Numbered from the whole stretch's first letter, positions 12,653-26,558 are shown. The stretch: 62,853 nucleotides of DNA, filler included, from Choristocarpus tenellus KU-1152 (GCA_964200185.2; 12 parts of 12 records of this genome joined end to end with filler, not necessarily neighbours in it), one strand, 5' to 3'. Notes: generated from the sequence alone by a model not told the origin. A program made the numbers and translations.

Positions 12653-15600
12653 GATGCCCTTGATCTTCCCGTCTCATGTGGTAAGATACCCCACGCCTAG
12701 CTCCAACAAAAATGACGTGTGTGTGTATGTGTGTGTGTGTGTGATGATCGGTTACACCAAACATTTTTTTGGTGGTGAGATGATTCTGGGTTTGTGCTCA
12801 GCCAATCGCGCGCTAAGGACGCGCCTGCTTCGAAGTCTATTTTCCAACAACTCATCTCCTACCAGCCAACTCGGGTAAAATATGGAGCTCTATTCTGTAC
12901 TATAGTAATTACTGCTCGAAACATGACAACTCAAGCTTTGACCACCTCAACTGACACAAGTAACCATGTACTCCATCCGTGGAAATATTTATGGGCAATG
13001 CCAAGAACAATACGATGATAGTACAAGACTTCAACGAAGCAAAGACAGGTAGGAATAATAGTTCGAAAAATAGATGAATATCGTTTTTGTATTGAAGGAA
13101 TCGCCTACATATATATCAGGCTCAGCCGATACGTTGGTATTGGTACTGGTGTCAGTTAGTCAATGTAGTCTGTATGTTTCTCATCCAATTTTCTTCACGT
13201 TGTTACTCTCTCTCTGTATTAACGTGTCTCGACTTCCTCTTCTTCCTGATTTTCATTTTTTTTTTCATTTTCTCCTTTTTCGTGCAGGGGAATTTTCATA
13301 TTTATTGTCTGGAGTCTCTACACATATATTGTATTTGTGTTTATTTTCTCGCCAAATAATATACACTTCTCTTCATCTGCTACCATTTTGTGTTGTCTGT
13401 GACGATGGGTCTGAGCACATCATGTATTGGTTCAGTCTCCGTGACAGCATCTTCTCCGCAAAACATTTTCAAGGATCCTTCCATCATGCATCAAACCAAA
13501 CGTATGCCCGATCAACGAATCTACCGCTTGGTATATTGTTTTATTCATCCTGCAACATCACCTACCCCTTTCTTTGATATTACTACCACCAGTGTTATTT
13601 CAATCGTACCGTCATGAACTATCAAAATATAAAATACACACAAAAGTCTCAACCACGACAGATAGATCCACAGACCTCTAGCCCTTGACCTCTACCGCGA
13701 ACACTTAGGAACCCTACCTGTACCGTATTTTACACATTCAATGCGATCCCCTCTGTCATTTAGTCAACTCACTCACATGCAAGGGGAATGACAATGCAAG
13801 GGATCAGTATCATGAGACATGCATGACAAGCATGGATACATCTTGCTGCACACACACACGTAACTGGTCTGAGGGATCAACTAGGATTCTGGGTTGAGGC
13901 ATACATTACACCTAACACTTTTTCTAACATGTGCATATTGTCTGTATGTCAATCCCCACTGGAAGTCCCTACATTTAGATTTGGGGGAAGGGTGCCTAAT
14001 GCTGCCCGAGGTAGTGGAGTTAGGTCCGAGTGAAAGAACTACGGATAATTCCAGACAAGATACTGGTGCAAAGTCCTGTGGTAACAGGCTGGGAAAGGGA
14101 TTTAGATAGGTAGACAGAGAGGAGTTGGAATTAAAGTTGGGCAACGTCAACGTCTGAGGAATCAAGGGCAGGCGATGCTGTCGGAATAATCGAATGATTG
14201 TTCCAGATGGCCGCAGATTGATGGTTGGTGGCATAGAGTGGGCGACAATAATGTCTTGCCCTAATGTGTTTTTTTCAGTTCAAGAGTTTACATCTTTTGC
14301 GGAGAATCCAAGTTGGTCTGATGTCACACACACAAACACAAACACACACAACACAACACAACACAACACAAATACACACAAACACAAAAGCACGCTTGAT
14401 CGAGGTAACCGCTCTTCGTTATGGAAGAGGAACTTACCATTCGACACAAACCAATGAGGTGTTGACGCCCAAAACCTTTTCAAGGATGCCAACGCAGGAT
14501 ACAATCTGATGTGTCTCAAGGGCAAAACAAGAAGATGGAAGAACTGTTTCATTATGCAGGGTATCACAAAAAATTACAACTCTCAAGCGAATAAATTGGA
14601 TACATTCGTACGACTCACATTGGCATGGGCGTGAACCCATTGAATGAACACTTCTTTTGTAAGGAGACCAAACCCCTTAGCAAGACATAACCCCAAGAAG
14701 TTTGTGCCTTATCACAGATTTTAAAAGAATGATATCATGAAGAGAGTGCGTAGACAAACTCTGCCTACCATCCCACCTTCCTAGAAGGCACCAAGAAACC
14801 TGTACATCACAAGTCACTCACATTTATAACTACTTCAAGATTGACTCGAGTCTGTTGAAGTGTTGCTTTACAACAAACATGTGAATACTCAATGTTGCTC
14901 TAACACAAATCGCTCTTACCAAAAAAAACACTCCCAGGACTAAAAAAGAAGCACACACACACACACACACACACAAACACAAAACAAATGCTTGTACCAA
15001 AACAGAAGAACGTAAACATTTCATTAAAAAAACAAAAAAAAACACTAATGCGCATACATAAAATCTTGAAGTGAAACAGAAAAGGCACCTATCCGTGACA
15101 GTTACATCAGGCTTCACACCAATCAAAAGCCCATCAAGGTACGTTCTATTCCACTGCCTAGTTATTCTCCTCTTTTTCGACTGCCTTCCCCACAGCTGGC
15201 AAAAAGATGCCTCTTCCTTTACCCCTGGTAAACCCAGCTCCCCCAGCCCCTCTTGCCACTGCTGTTGCAATTGGCATTGGTCACTGTTGCTCCAGCCTGC
15301 TTACCAAGACCTCGTGTCTGTGACACGCCTCCCCAAGATCTTTGGCACCGGCGAGGAAACGCCTTCGTTCCTCCACAATCGCCTTCTCTGTTTCAATGGC
15401 GCCATCCCTCCTTGCCTTCACATCACCCAACAGGCGTTTCTGCTTTTCAAGCGAAGACTCCACGCCCTGACAGCAACAAACAGAACCCATCCCACAGTTC
15501 AAACACCACGCAGTACAGGGCACAATGTGAATGATATTGTATCGTACCATAATACCACTATACCACACAGCCTTCGAGAAGGAAAACGCCTGCTGGACGA

Positions 15601-16303
15601 CAGATCACACTATGACTCCGACGAAGGACCGTCTTGGGAAAATTCTGAGAAGGAAAAGTTGAGAAATAAAAAGGATCTCAATCCACCACATCTCGTAACG
15701 AAAGTGAAGGATGAAAACACTTCTGAGGGGTGTAAAAGTCAAGCACTTTTTTCTTTTTCTGGATCCATCTTAGGGGTAGGGGTAGGAGTAGGGTTAGAGT
15801 TTTTTTTTTTTTTATCTAGTGCAAAAAGCAACAACCTTTAACCTCGGGCCCATTCCTTTTCAAAGCGCAATCAGTGACCGCTATACACACACCATACGAG
15901 TTTTCCCACACCATACCCGCTACAAAATTTTGGGGTGTTGGAGAGTGGAAAGTTGTAACAGTGCGTATGTTTGCAACTAAGATGAAAGTACTCCCTTCAG
16001 GTGTGCAACGTAGGAACCACTCCATTGCACAGACCAAGGGAGGAAAAAAAGTAGCATTGAAAAAGGAGAGGCAGTCTGCTGCCAGCAACACTCTCAGGCT
16101 CTAGAGCAGGCAGCAGTATCGCCTCCATCTTCTACAACACCAGATCCCACGCATCAAGTCACTTCTTGGATGATCCCAAGAGGTAAAGTTCGTCTCTTGT
16201 TAAACCTCTCAGCACACCGTGCCAAAAACCGAGGCGTACGATTGGTGGTGTGCTCCAGGGGGATTTTCCATTAAAAAGAAACAAAACGGATCGGTGTGGG
16301 AGT

Positions 16304-16345
<42 letters not shown>

Positions 16346-16479
16346 CCCGCGGGGGGGGGGAGGGGGGAAGAAGTGGGGGNNNNNNNNNNNNNNNNNNNNN
16401 NNNNNNNNNNNNNNNNNNNNNNNTTAATTAATTAANNNNNNNNNNNNNNNNNNNNNNNNNNNNNNNNNNNNNNNNNNNN

Positions 16480-16603
16480 GTCGTGATATTTGGGTGATTT
16501 GGTTGTATACGTTAAATGGATAATGCAAGTGCACCTTTCCTGGTTTTGGTCAAAATGGACACCTTGGTGTAGACCCCCCCCCCCTCCCCAGATACTTTAG
16601 GTC
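16480..16603 (+). mobile_element. MITE family B partial copy, nested in a family A copy
   Basis: ...AAAATGGACACCTTGGTGTAGACCCCC...CCCAGATACTTTAGGTC directly abuts internal family A sequence. Confidence 0.8.
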
Positions 16604-16771
16604 AGTGTCAATATCCTTGCTCCGGACACACCTTTCATATTCGTATACATTTTAGGCAACTGTGTTCTCACAGGAAATCGAAAAAGGGCTAAAAAAACCC
16701 TCAATAGTGGGAAGCCAAGCCCTGAACGGACAAACAGAGCAAAACTCCTACCCTCTTAATTGCTTTGACGC
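16604..16771 (+). mobile_element. MITE family A (A2) right half
   Basis: Begins at internal motif AGTGTCAATATCCTTG and ends CCTACCCTCTTAATTGCTTTGACGC. Confidence 0.82.
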
Positions 16772-16911
16772 TGACCCTTCTCATTACAGTATCATTTTTC
16801 TCCCCTTCTCTCAAATCAACTTACTTCCTTTCCCACTTTCCTCTCCTCTCTCACCTCCCTCTTGCCACCCCCTTCCAACTCCTTGCAACTCCTTTGCGGC
16901 AATGCAAAAAG

Positions 16912-17031
16912 GCCCTGGAGAAATTGGGCCGCCATAAGCAGGCATTTCGGGAGTACTGTAGTGTAGAGCACAAGTTTCCATGGTCACCACTACCGACTCT
17001 CTTAAGGGCAAGATTATCACTGCAAGAAAAG
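16912..17031 (+). CDS. Isolated exon, TPR-like helical repeat
   Basis: Polypyrimidine tract, then AG|..|GT, 120 nt encoding ALEKLGRHKQAFREYCSVEHKFPWSPLPTLLRARLSLQEK (TPR-like LG...A..Y......P pattern). Confidence 0.5.
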
Positions 17032-17533
17032 GTGTGCCCTTGAGTTCAATCAGTCACTGCTTTACTTTGTATAGTTTGATTGACTGAACGTATTCCACAC
17101 CGTTGGTTTTAACCGTCAGCCTCGTTGGCCATTCCAATTAACTCACTCTACAGAAGAGAAGCACATGGTATCGTGTTAAAACCTTTTGTAGCTGTTAAAA
17201 TATGTATATATGTAAACTTTACGCATGATTGGAAACATGTGCATATGTACAATGATTTCCGTAGCCATAGTTCTGCCATAATGTATACTTTGACCCCATG
17301 CCCTCATTGCAAGTACTCGACAATATGCAAGTACAGCTATTAGTGATAACAAAAATGTACAGTGTAAAGTCGAATCGTACATGTGGAACATTTATGGCGG
17401 TTTCATGGAGTAACACTAAATGTGACACAAGAGATTGCTACCTGCAGTGCCAGGCACATTCTGTCTTCTTGTCTCTTGTCCATTTTATTGTGAACCAATT
17501 CAATTATTATGCATCCTGGATGCAGTCTGCTTT

Positions 17534-17737
17534 GATTCGAAGTATGTTAGAAGGTAGAGTCGTGTCCGTTTGGGGTCCAATATCCAATGTTGTGATTTTG
17601 ATGTAATTTTGGCTGTCGTGTTTGTTAGGAATGGTCAATATCCTTGTTCTGAACACACCTTTCATAAAACCCATGGGAAGCCAAGCCCCAAACAGATAAA
17701 CAGGACGAAACTCGTACCCTCTAAGATACTTTCACAT
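17534..17737 (+). mobile_element. MITE family A (A1), internally deleted copy
   Basis: GATTCGAAGTATGTTAGAAGGTAGAG ... TACCCTCTAAGATACTTTCACAT; lacks the central hairpin; flanks CTTT/TTTT. Confidence 0.85.
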
Positions 17738-18426
17738 TTTTGACTGCATGTACAATGTACTAATGGTTGTGACAACAAAACAGCATTGGTTGATGACACT
17801 CTAAGTCAGGGATATAAAAACTAGCTCTCCTATTTGCTACAAACGGAAAGGAACGTATTTATTTGTCCCTCAGAAAAACCAAACCATGAAAATAAAGAAA
17901 ACTGTACACATATGCATGGAATTAGTATTATAGATAGTAACATTGTCTCTCACATATACGGTGTATAATCTTTGTATTCATTGTACTCCTGTAGTATTGC
18001 TGTACGGAGGGAGTCCTGTACAAAAAAACTGCAACTACTACAACATCGTCCATTTTTTTTTATAAAAAGCTTCCACTTACGGCAGGCAATGCTCAGCATA
18101 TCACTCACTTGATGTAATACCTTGACCATCTCTCATCTCTCAAGGACTGAGGGTGGGAAGGATGCCCAAGGTTTGCACATCATAAATCGCGCGCGCGCGC
18201 ACACAAACACAATTCGAGGTACACGATTTCAATTTATGGTTACTACTGCTACTGCTGTACCTGCTGCGATGGAGTCACTCCTTTACATTGCCATCAACTA
18301 AGAATAAAGGCACCATAGTCGGTATGAGAATAGCTGTGCTGCACTGCAGGCTGCATGCAGGCAGCACCACAAAAATCAACCAATAGCGGCGTTACCTTTT
18401 AAGAAACTATACTACCAGTACTATTA

Positions 18427-18480
18427 TTACTACTACTACTACTACCACCACCACCACCACCACTACCACTGCTACTACTC
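18427..18480. repeat. Compound (ACT)n/(ACC)n microsatellite
   Basis: Directly visible tandem trinucleotides. Confidence 0.85.
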
Positions 18481-19954
18481 TTTGTAGATCCCCATATGCA
18501 GCAAAGTCTCAGTCAACAGAAGATAGAGCCAAAGAAACAAGAGCAGAAATCAACATACACTACACTACATTACAATATGCTGTCATAGGATCCCTAGAGA
18601 AGGGTGGTCTAATACAGACATCACATTGGAATGGTTTCCAGCTCCCTAGCTAACCCTAACCCATGTAGTTTATCCTTGAACCTCCAATAGCTATCTCAAA
18701 AAGAAAAGAAATGTAAGGTTCAGCTGAGACATCAGTCTCTTTAAGCAATCAAAAGTCTAGCATTCCTCAGAGCCCAACCCACAAACGCCCCTTACCTCAT
18801 TGCACTTATGGGCATGATTTATTGCTCTCAAATGTCCATGACATGGATTTGTCACCCTCCTTCACTAGGTGCCATCCATGATTGAGTGTTGTTGCTGTGT
18901 CTCTGAGGATATTATTATATTAACAATTCTCACACATACTAGCACTGCCACCACAGCTCATCCCCCTCTTCTCCCTCTGACCATCTCTCCCTCTCCCATT
19001 CTGATTTTTTCCTGCCCCAATATGTCGTCTCACCTGTGGTCCCACTTAAGGGCCCTCCCACTAGACCACTGGCACACCATCAGAATGATTAGGTTAGTAT
19101 GTCTGCATTACCCTTGAAGGGGTAAGGGAGAGGAGAAGAAATAGGGAATATGAAAATGTGCTCAATGATTTGCTGAGGAAACTCAGGATGTGGGAGAGCA
19201 GACTCATAATAAATGTTGCAATATCTGTTTGGTGACTGGGCAATGAGGGGCGTTCAGGAGGCCATGTTACCTACCACTCATGGCACTGTCACGGAGGTGA
19301 GATAGCACAATTTGGTGGACTGGGAGAGTTGTGTTGCATCATTGCTGAAGTGGTCCACATTCTGGAATAGAGTAAGTATACCTTGCTGTTGGCCAATGTT
19401 TGGTACCTGATTCCTGCGACTTAATCTCTCAGGACTACATCATGAGAAGGGACCAAGGTCTCAGGTACGTGTTAGACCATATCTTGAAGTAAGATACTCT
19501 GAAACTGATCATGTTGAATTGGTTCAAATCATACTCACTGTATCATAGCATTTTTGGGAGCAACTTGTCTTGTGCCTGAGTCACCATAACTGGTCAAGCA
19601 CAGAGACATAGTGCCAGTTAGCACAAGCAGGTGCGGGATGCCACTGTTATCCGTTGTGAGATTTATTCTTGGTGAGCAAGTATGGTGGCTCAGACACACA
19701 AGTTGCTGGATTGTGGGTTGAGCAAGATGTCCTTATCAGCTTCTACCGCCAACTCTCCAACACTACTGCAATTTAGATGGGTTGAGAAATACATACTTCC
19801 ACTATGATGGGCAAGTTGAATGCGTAGGCATTCTATTTTCCAGATGTTTTTATACACTACGCTCAAAACAATGTCATCCGTGTATATATACAAAGTTTAA
19901 CTACTACAGTAGTATATGACCAAAATGCTGGACAATCAACATAATATTATCGTA

Positions 19955-21654
19955 CTCCCCCTGTCCCATAAGTCTGTGATGCTAAGGGTGTACCTCCTGG
20001 AGATGACCTCTGATGAAAACCTTTTTTTTGTTGGATTCCTTGATGCTTTTTATGTGAAAATATTTCTTCGTCACTTCCCTTGTGCCCACCAATCCATCAA
20101 TTCACCACTACATCAAAAGCCCCTCTGTCGATTCTGATAGACTTTGATAGACTTCCCTCACGCTGCCTTTTCTTTGTTCTGGTGCGCTGTACTTAGAAAT
20201 CGGTACCCCCTAACGCCTTCAAAACTTGATTGTACCACTTAAGGAGGCTCTGAGACATCCTCTCTAAAGCAACTACTTCGTACATGCCGTACTTGCTCTT
20301 TACCCCCTTCACAACAAGGTCATTTTATCGCACTGTAATGCTCCCTCCAAACTCTATCTTCAGGGACAGAAAGAACCTCAAATCGTTGATATTGAGATCA
20401 GGTGACTGCGCAGGCTGCGCAGGCTGCGCTACGAGCTTGACGTTCCACCCCTGACCCCTCCCAACTTCGTTGAGCTTCTGTGGTGTGTCCTTTCCTGCAT
20501 GAGGGGTCGCTCTGTCCTGCTGTGTGACTACCTCCTCACCCTCCAACCACAGCCTTTTTCCCTTCAATGTGACGAGAAAAGTCTCCAAGTACCATTCCCG
20601 GTACCACTTGGTGTTGATGGTCACATCGAAGTTGTACTGCTGCCCCCTCTCACAGCGAGGTTAATTTTTTGCACCTGGTTCATGACACAACACACCAGAT
20701 TCCCTTGCAGTCGTAATCGCCAGAAGGATCTGGGTTCAAAACAGCACAAATGAACATCACCTTAGGAATGTGACTCTTGTGCTGTACCTTGGTGGAGCCC
20801 ACCCTGTCCTCCCTGGGGAACATGCAGACCCACCCCCCATTGCGGACGATGTAGGATCATGCTTCGTTCATATGAATCCTATTGAGGCCAATTCTGAAAT
20901 TGATGCCGTTCTTTGCTACTTGGTTAAGGATAAAATCTACCCAGTTCTTCAATGCATCTTGGGGTAATGCACTGTTTAACCACCATTGCGGTTATCACTT
21001 TGAGTCATTGCTGAAGCTTTGAGCTGTTGTCTACGAGACCAACTTCGGCTACCTTGACAGACACCTGATCGAGGGTCAGGGTTCGATTCGCGGCATGGAC
21101 CTTTCAAGTCTTCGCATGCTTTGTCAGTGTGAAGTCTGATGGTTACCGTGCTTCATGACGCTGACTTCAGCGAAGAATGTTGCCATTATCCAATGGCTCT
21201 CGTACACACACTCACAGTTGTCTCGGATATTGTTTGCCAACTCTAAACTGCTCTGCCAACTCTGGTCTTCTAGCAAGTTTCGACCTTCCTCGCTCAGGTC
21301 GCAATTTTTATCCCGGGCTCATGGCCTCCCGCCAAAAGACGGCGGACTCGCCGGAGTGGTCGTATTGGCTACAGGACTCATAACACAGATGGTCTGGAGG
21401 CTAGGCGAGAGTCGTGCGGCTCTTGGCGAGGTGCTGAGATGTTGTGTGACGATGGGGGGGGTTGTGCCAGCCCCTGGGTGCAGCGCAGCCACTGAAAATG
21501 GAGGCGAAAAGGACCGTTTTTTCAGGCCCACTTCTTGGAACAGACTGAACTATTTCGGAACAAAATACTAAAACCAAAAACCTCCTCCAAACAATTATAT
21601 AAAGGTTCAATTTGAGTCATAATCATTGGCAACAGAGAGAGTTATGGGACAGAA
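19955..21654 (-). mobile_element. Decayed Tc1/mariner DNA transposon, DD39D (plant/stramenopile mariner) type
   Basis: TA|CTCCCCCTGTCCCATAA Stowaway-like TIR at 19955 and a matching degenerate TTATGGGACAG at about 21642-21652, enclosing transposase remnants. Confidence 0.85.
20325..20900 (-). pseudogene. Mariner DD39D-type transposase remnant (stops and frameshifts)
   Basis: Motifs RIHMNEA* (cf. VHIDEKWF), KSHIPKVMFICAV, QQDRATPH (cf. QQDNA.PH), QPAQSPDLNINDLRFFLSLK (cf. QPPNSPDLNVLDLGFF.SL). Confidence 0.88.
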
Positions 21655-21864
21655 TATTTTCAGTTACCATTCCGTATTACATTTTGATCTACACGTTCCC
21701 ATTTGTAAAAAAAAAACATACACAACAAAATATTCCAGATGACGATATTATTGAAGCTACGTAGTGCCTTGTAGCGCTACATAGCCGTGTCTAGATATGT
21801 AACTAACTGCATTCAAACCTTCATCTTACATTATGTCACTTCCTTCCCCCTTAGACCATACTGA

Positions 21865-22821
21865 ATGATACTCCCCAGCGTGCAGAGGGTGCTTTGGGTC
21901 GTCACAGCTTGCGTCGCTCTTCTCTCTCTCCCCACTGTGGGCAAGACCTCCAATCTGGGAGTTGGGGTCGAATCTTTCGTGCATGCTGTGGAAATAAACG
22001 ATCATACGCTCAAGAGGAATGATACACTGCATCAAGTTCAATCGAAGGCCTGGGAGGGTCTTACAAGAATCCAGATCACAATAGATGAAGGTGTTCGCCT
22101 ATGTGGTCCGCCCGCAAAAGAATTCCTGGGTAAACTTCAGGAAAGAGCTCATGCCGGTGTTGTAGCTGCAGGAGGGGCCGCCCGTTCTGCTGCTACAGGA
22201 GCGATAGAGGCTGTTAGTATTCTTGGGGGAGAGAGGAAAAAGGGTTTCTCCACTACACTTAACACTAAGGTTCTTGTGGGGGAAGAATCGTTCACGGGTG
22301 AACACGACGAGATCAATAACAGGGCTGCATGCTTTTGGTTGAGGAGTGCAACGATATACTTTGCGTACAAGAAATTGCAGGTGGGTTCAACTTGGCAAGG
22401 CGCTGACACCGACCTCCATGGGATACTGTCAGTCCCTCCCTAAACATTATCTCCAAAACAATAAGATAGACTCTCGATGTGCCTGCATGTGTCTGCTATA
22501 AACTTGGTTACCCAGATGGAGTGTTGGGTTCGCCTTCGTGGTGTCGATGACCCCGACGAACGCGATCGACGACGCAGACACCTGTTCGAAGCCTTGCACG
22601 AGGTGAGAAGCAAGAGCGGAGCCCCAGCTTGTGCATATCTTCGTATGTCTACCATACCACCGTTTGCATTAAATATCTGCCAAACACTACTCCACTGGTC
22701 TCCTGCTGTGCAGGTCAACAGTGAACGGATGTTGAATATGTGCCTGGAGCTCAAGGGATTCTACCTCAAGGCTGGTCAATTTCTTGGTACCAGGCATGAT
22801 TTCATGCCACCACAATACTGT
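21865..22821 (+). CDS. ABC1/ADCK (UbiB-family) atypical kinase, 5' exons; gene truncated by contig end
   Basis: In-phase exons 21865-22380, 22516-22602, 22714-22821 encoding FW...IYFAYK, LHE|VNSERMLNMCLELKGFYLKAGQFLGTRHDFMPPQY. This includes the ABC1 KxGQ motif. The N-terminus is hydrophobic. Confidence 0.9.
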
Positions 22822-25330
22822 GTGAGTACAAATGCAGGTCTCGGCAATCCTTCTGAAGTAGCACCTACTTAGAGTGATTCTTCGGGTACCATCACTGCAC
22901 AATCCAACCTCTTTTGAGTCTTGCTGAAGCACTAATTTGCAGGGATTGCTGTGGCACACATCAAAGGCAGACCTGCCACAAAACATTGTTGTACATTATT
23001 TGTTGCTGTCTATCCTATGTTGCAAGCAGGATCAGAAGGAGCGATTTGCTAGAGTCTCGTTTTGTGGTCACGGGTGTGTTGTAATCAAATCTTACCTGCG
23101 ATGTTTATTTTTTGGAGGGGAATTGCACTTTTTTTGTCTTTACATTTCTTGCCAGGTAATAGGGTCACCACAAGAACTTCGTATCTGGCCCTAAGTAGTA
23201 CACACCCAGAGCAATGAAAAACTTGAGGTCAAAGCTCTAACTGATTTTCCTGCCCAAACTTCGTTTGCCTCATCCCCCCCCCCCACCCCCCGCCCCCCCC
23301 CCCCCCCCCCCCGCCCCCCCCCCCCCCCCCCCCCCCGCAACAGCCCCCCNNNNNNNNNNNNNNNNNNNNNNNNNNNNNNNNNNNNNNNNNNNNTTAATTA
23401 ATTAANNNNNNNNNNNNNNNNNNNNNNNNNNNNNNNNNNNNNNNNNNNNCCCCAGATACTTTGACGCTTCCCACTCCAGTTTCTTCAATATTTTGTAGCT
23501 CGAAAGCGACGTATCAATACCCTCATGTCGCAATGTGCACCTTTCATTCCTCAAACCAGTGGTTGTGTTGTCTCTTAAGTTTTTGCCTGATCAACACTGT
23601 ACAGGCGTGATGATGATAATTCATCTGCTTCATCCCTCACTTGCTTTCAACAAAACCAGGGACTAGTGGTGTGGACATCATACCCCCTTCTGCATGCCTC
23701 AAAATCAAAGTCTACACCATTATATTGAACTTGTTCTACCAAACCAAAATTCTCCACAGTCTAGTGTGATTCGAAACCTCTCTCCCCAAAAATGTAGAGC
23801 CTCTCTAGAGTAGAGTGTAATTAATATGTTACTCCAAGAACAAATGCTACCATAATCTACGATGCACGTATTATTTTCCAATCCTCAAGCAGTTATGAAT
23901 GAGCCCCATTTCCCTCCTCTCGCACCACTCACTGCCCCAATGCGCCACCTAGATTGTCTCGTGGATCGTGATGAGAAATGCGGTTAAGGTCAGCAGCCTC
24001 CAGATCCAGAACTTCCGCCGATCTGTGCAGCGCCATAAAGGATCTACTGTGAGTCAGAAGGGGTGTAATGTTTTCTCGGCTGCGAAAATTTTGCCCCGCT
24101 TTAGCCTCAACTACAGTGGTCCTTCCCTCACTGTTTTCCCATTTTAAATTTCGACATCAACCCCGTGGGACTCACGGCGCCTGCAGTGGGTATAGGACAA
24201 GCCCCCCGCTGTAGATATGATCATACTCTCAAGAGTAGCACTCTGGGTCAGAAACTTGAGGCATAGATTCACGTCTCTAGAGCTGCACTGGAGGGTCTTG
24301 CACTGCGTGTTGGCAGGGAGGTTTGATTTGCAAAAGTCATAAAATCACTTGGAAAGGGGGAGGAAATACTGTTTCACTCATCTCTCAAACCCCAACGATG
24401 TCGGCAGTAGCTGCTTGTCAAGAGCCCTGGTGAAGGATATGTCAATAAAACTACTACCCACGCTCTAGATCGAACTTCACATCTTACTATATGAGTTCCT
24501 TAGCAAATGCCCTTCCAAATGCAATTCCCATCTGTACATATACTAATGCACGTACTGATCGGCACCCACTATTCCTCAACTGTTGCTTTTCTATTCGTAG
24601 GTGAGTGAATCTGGAAACACCAACCGACCCACACAGCCGCTCAACGGCCGTATCATCTACTATGTAACCTCTTAGAGAGGCCTGCGGTGAACTGCAACGA
24701 ACCCCAGCATGCAATTCTGGTGTTGCGTCTGTACCCTGAAAAAATGTGATGATTGTAAATGTACGTTATGAAATATGAATGATATCGTTGAGTAATAGAT
24801 GATATGTCCTTGAAGGGATCTATGTATCGTGTTTGATCTTTGGTAATACGGCACTACCAACTTAATGGCTGTGCTGAAATGTGTGCTGTTGTTGTAAGCA
24901 ATGGCCTCTGAGGCACATTATCTTAAGAAGGGTCACAATTAGGACATTTTGTTAGATTTGGTTGGCTGGTGCCTACAGCTGACATGCAGTGTAGTCTGCC
25001 CATACTCCACTGAAATTTGCATATCAGGATGAGAGAAGAAGGTTTCATGGATAGAGAACATGTGTTTTGTAAGATATATATGCAATTTTATCTTTGCTGT
25101 ACCGCATGTCAGTTCTCCTATCTATTGCCAGAGAGGCTTTAGGTAAACAACTGGCTAGACTTACAAATAATATGCCTCATCTGTACAGCGTCATTTCATG
25201 TGTGTATCGAGTCGCAACGGCAAATCAGCTGTTTGTTCATCATGTGCTTTTTGTTCGTCTGACAAAAGGCACTTTGTACCACTAATCAAATATATGGCGT
25301 GGAAGAAATCGGTTTCTTACCTTCAATTGT

Positions 25331-25397
25331 GCTATTACTACTACTCATGCCCCTCCTCCTCCTCCTCCTCCTCCTATTACTACTACTACTACTACTT
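25331..25397. repeat. Compound (CCT)n/(ACT)n microsatellite
   Basis: Directly visible tandem trinucleotides. Confidence 0.85.
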
Positions 25398-26558
25398 CTG
25401 CTACTGATCGTTTTGAATACTCTTTTTGTGCACAAGAGAGTCTGGTGTCTTGCTTGGGTATATTCTTTGCCATGCAGTGTTGCTTCTCTTCCTCCCCCAC
25501 GACAAAAATCCATAAAATGCCAATGTCCACAAAACAATAATTTTATGTAGTAGGGGCAGCAATAATTGTTCGAGATATACTCGAGAGTGTGTGTATCTCT
25601 CTACATGTAATAGTAACTTGGGTGTGTGTGGACTGATGGATAGTGGCCTTTCTACCACCATACAAAAAGTAATTGGACCTGGTTCTTATTTATTATCAAG
25701 CATATAGTTCTCGATTAGTGTCGGTGCTTTGGACTGATATGGTTTGTAAGGATGACCATTCAATATGATGAACCATCCGTGCATGAAAAGGAGAGCAATG
25801 ATGGGCATCCCTCGAGGCCCGATAAGGTGTGAAATAGGTGAGGTCATCCCACGTACACACATGTGTCTATATGTTAAATCAATTTTTGGTCGTGCGTTCA
25901 CGTCTATATATCAAAACATACGATGAACAGACTGGGCCGCGTGGACAGACTCGCGCCCGCAATCAGCCAGATCTCGTGTATTTTTCTCTGTACACACTAT
26001 TAGTGTAGGAGGAAATCACATCAAAACAGAAGGTTTATACACCTTGGGTGGCATCTATACCTATATGTTGTATGATCTATTGAGATTTCTCAGCCCTACA
26101 AAATTATCATACATCCATCCGTGCATACACTTGAATAGAGACTTGTATCAACCTGACTTGTTTCTACATGTGGAGTTATTGTATGTTGAAACGTTATGAA
26201 GTCGTCGAGGTACGGAGTAAGGCAGTTGATCCGACCCATTTTTCGTTACCTCACAGGCTTAGTAGAGATCTAACAAACGCTGACACCGTGGGATCGAAAC
26301 ACCCCATTGTTGAGAGTCGAAGTACGCTAGCAGGATATGTGCAAATTTACCTTGGGAGGTAATGCTATTTTTTAGTAGTGAAGATAAGAAGGTGTGAAGC
26401 CTCACACGATCCCCTTTGCTGAAGGTGATTACATGGTTGAAGATTAGAAGAGAAAAGAAGAGAAGAGTGACCTTTGTGTGTGGTGTCTTCTCATTGCTTG
26501 TTTATTATTTATTTGTGCTTCATATACATAAGTCAACGGTTATGTCAAAGTAGTTGAA

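Noticed and set aside
15071-15841. 256-aa ORF
   Set aside because: No ATG start, no recognisable domain, and compositionally non-coding or decayed repeat.
16304-16379. Long poly-C/poly-G tracts (also 23273-23349, 47936-47995, 60200-60301)
   Set aside because: Low-quality contig-end homopolymers with unreliable lengths.
21078-21092. B-box-like GGTTCGATTC
   Set aside because: No A box or cloverleaf; it lies inside the mariner fossil.
24370-24740. Possible three small minus-strand exons
   Set aside because: Splice-like signals exist, but the peptide is unrecognisable and the frame is ambiguous.
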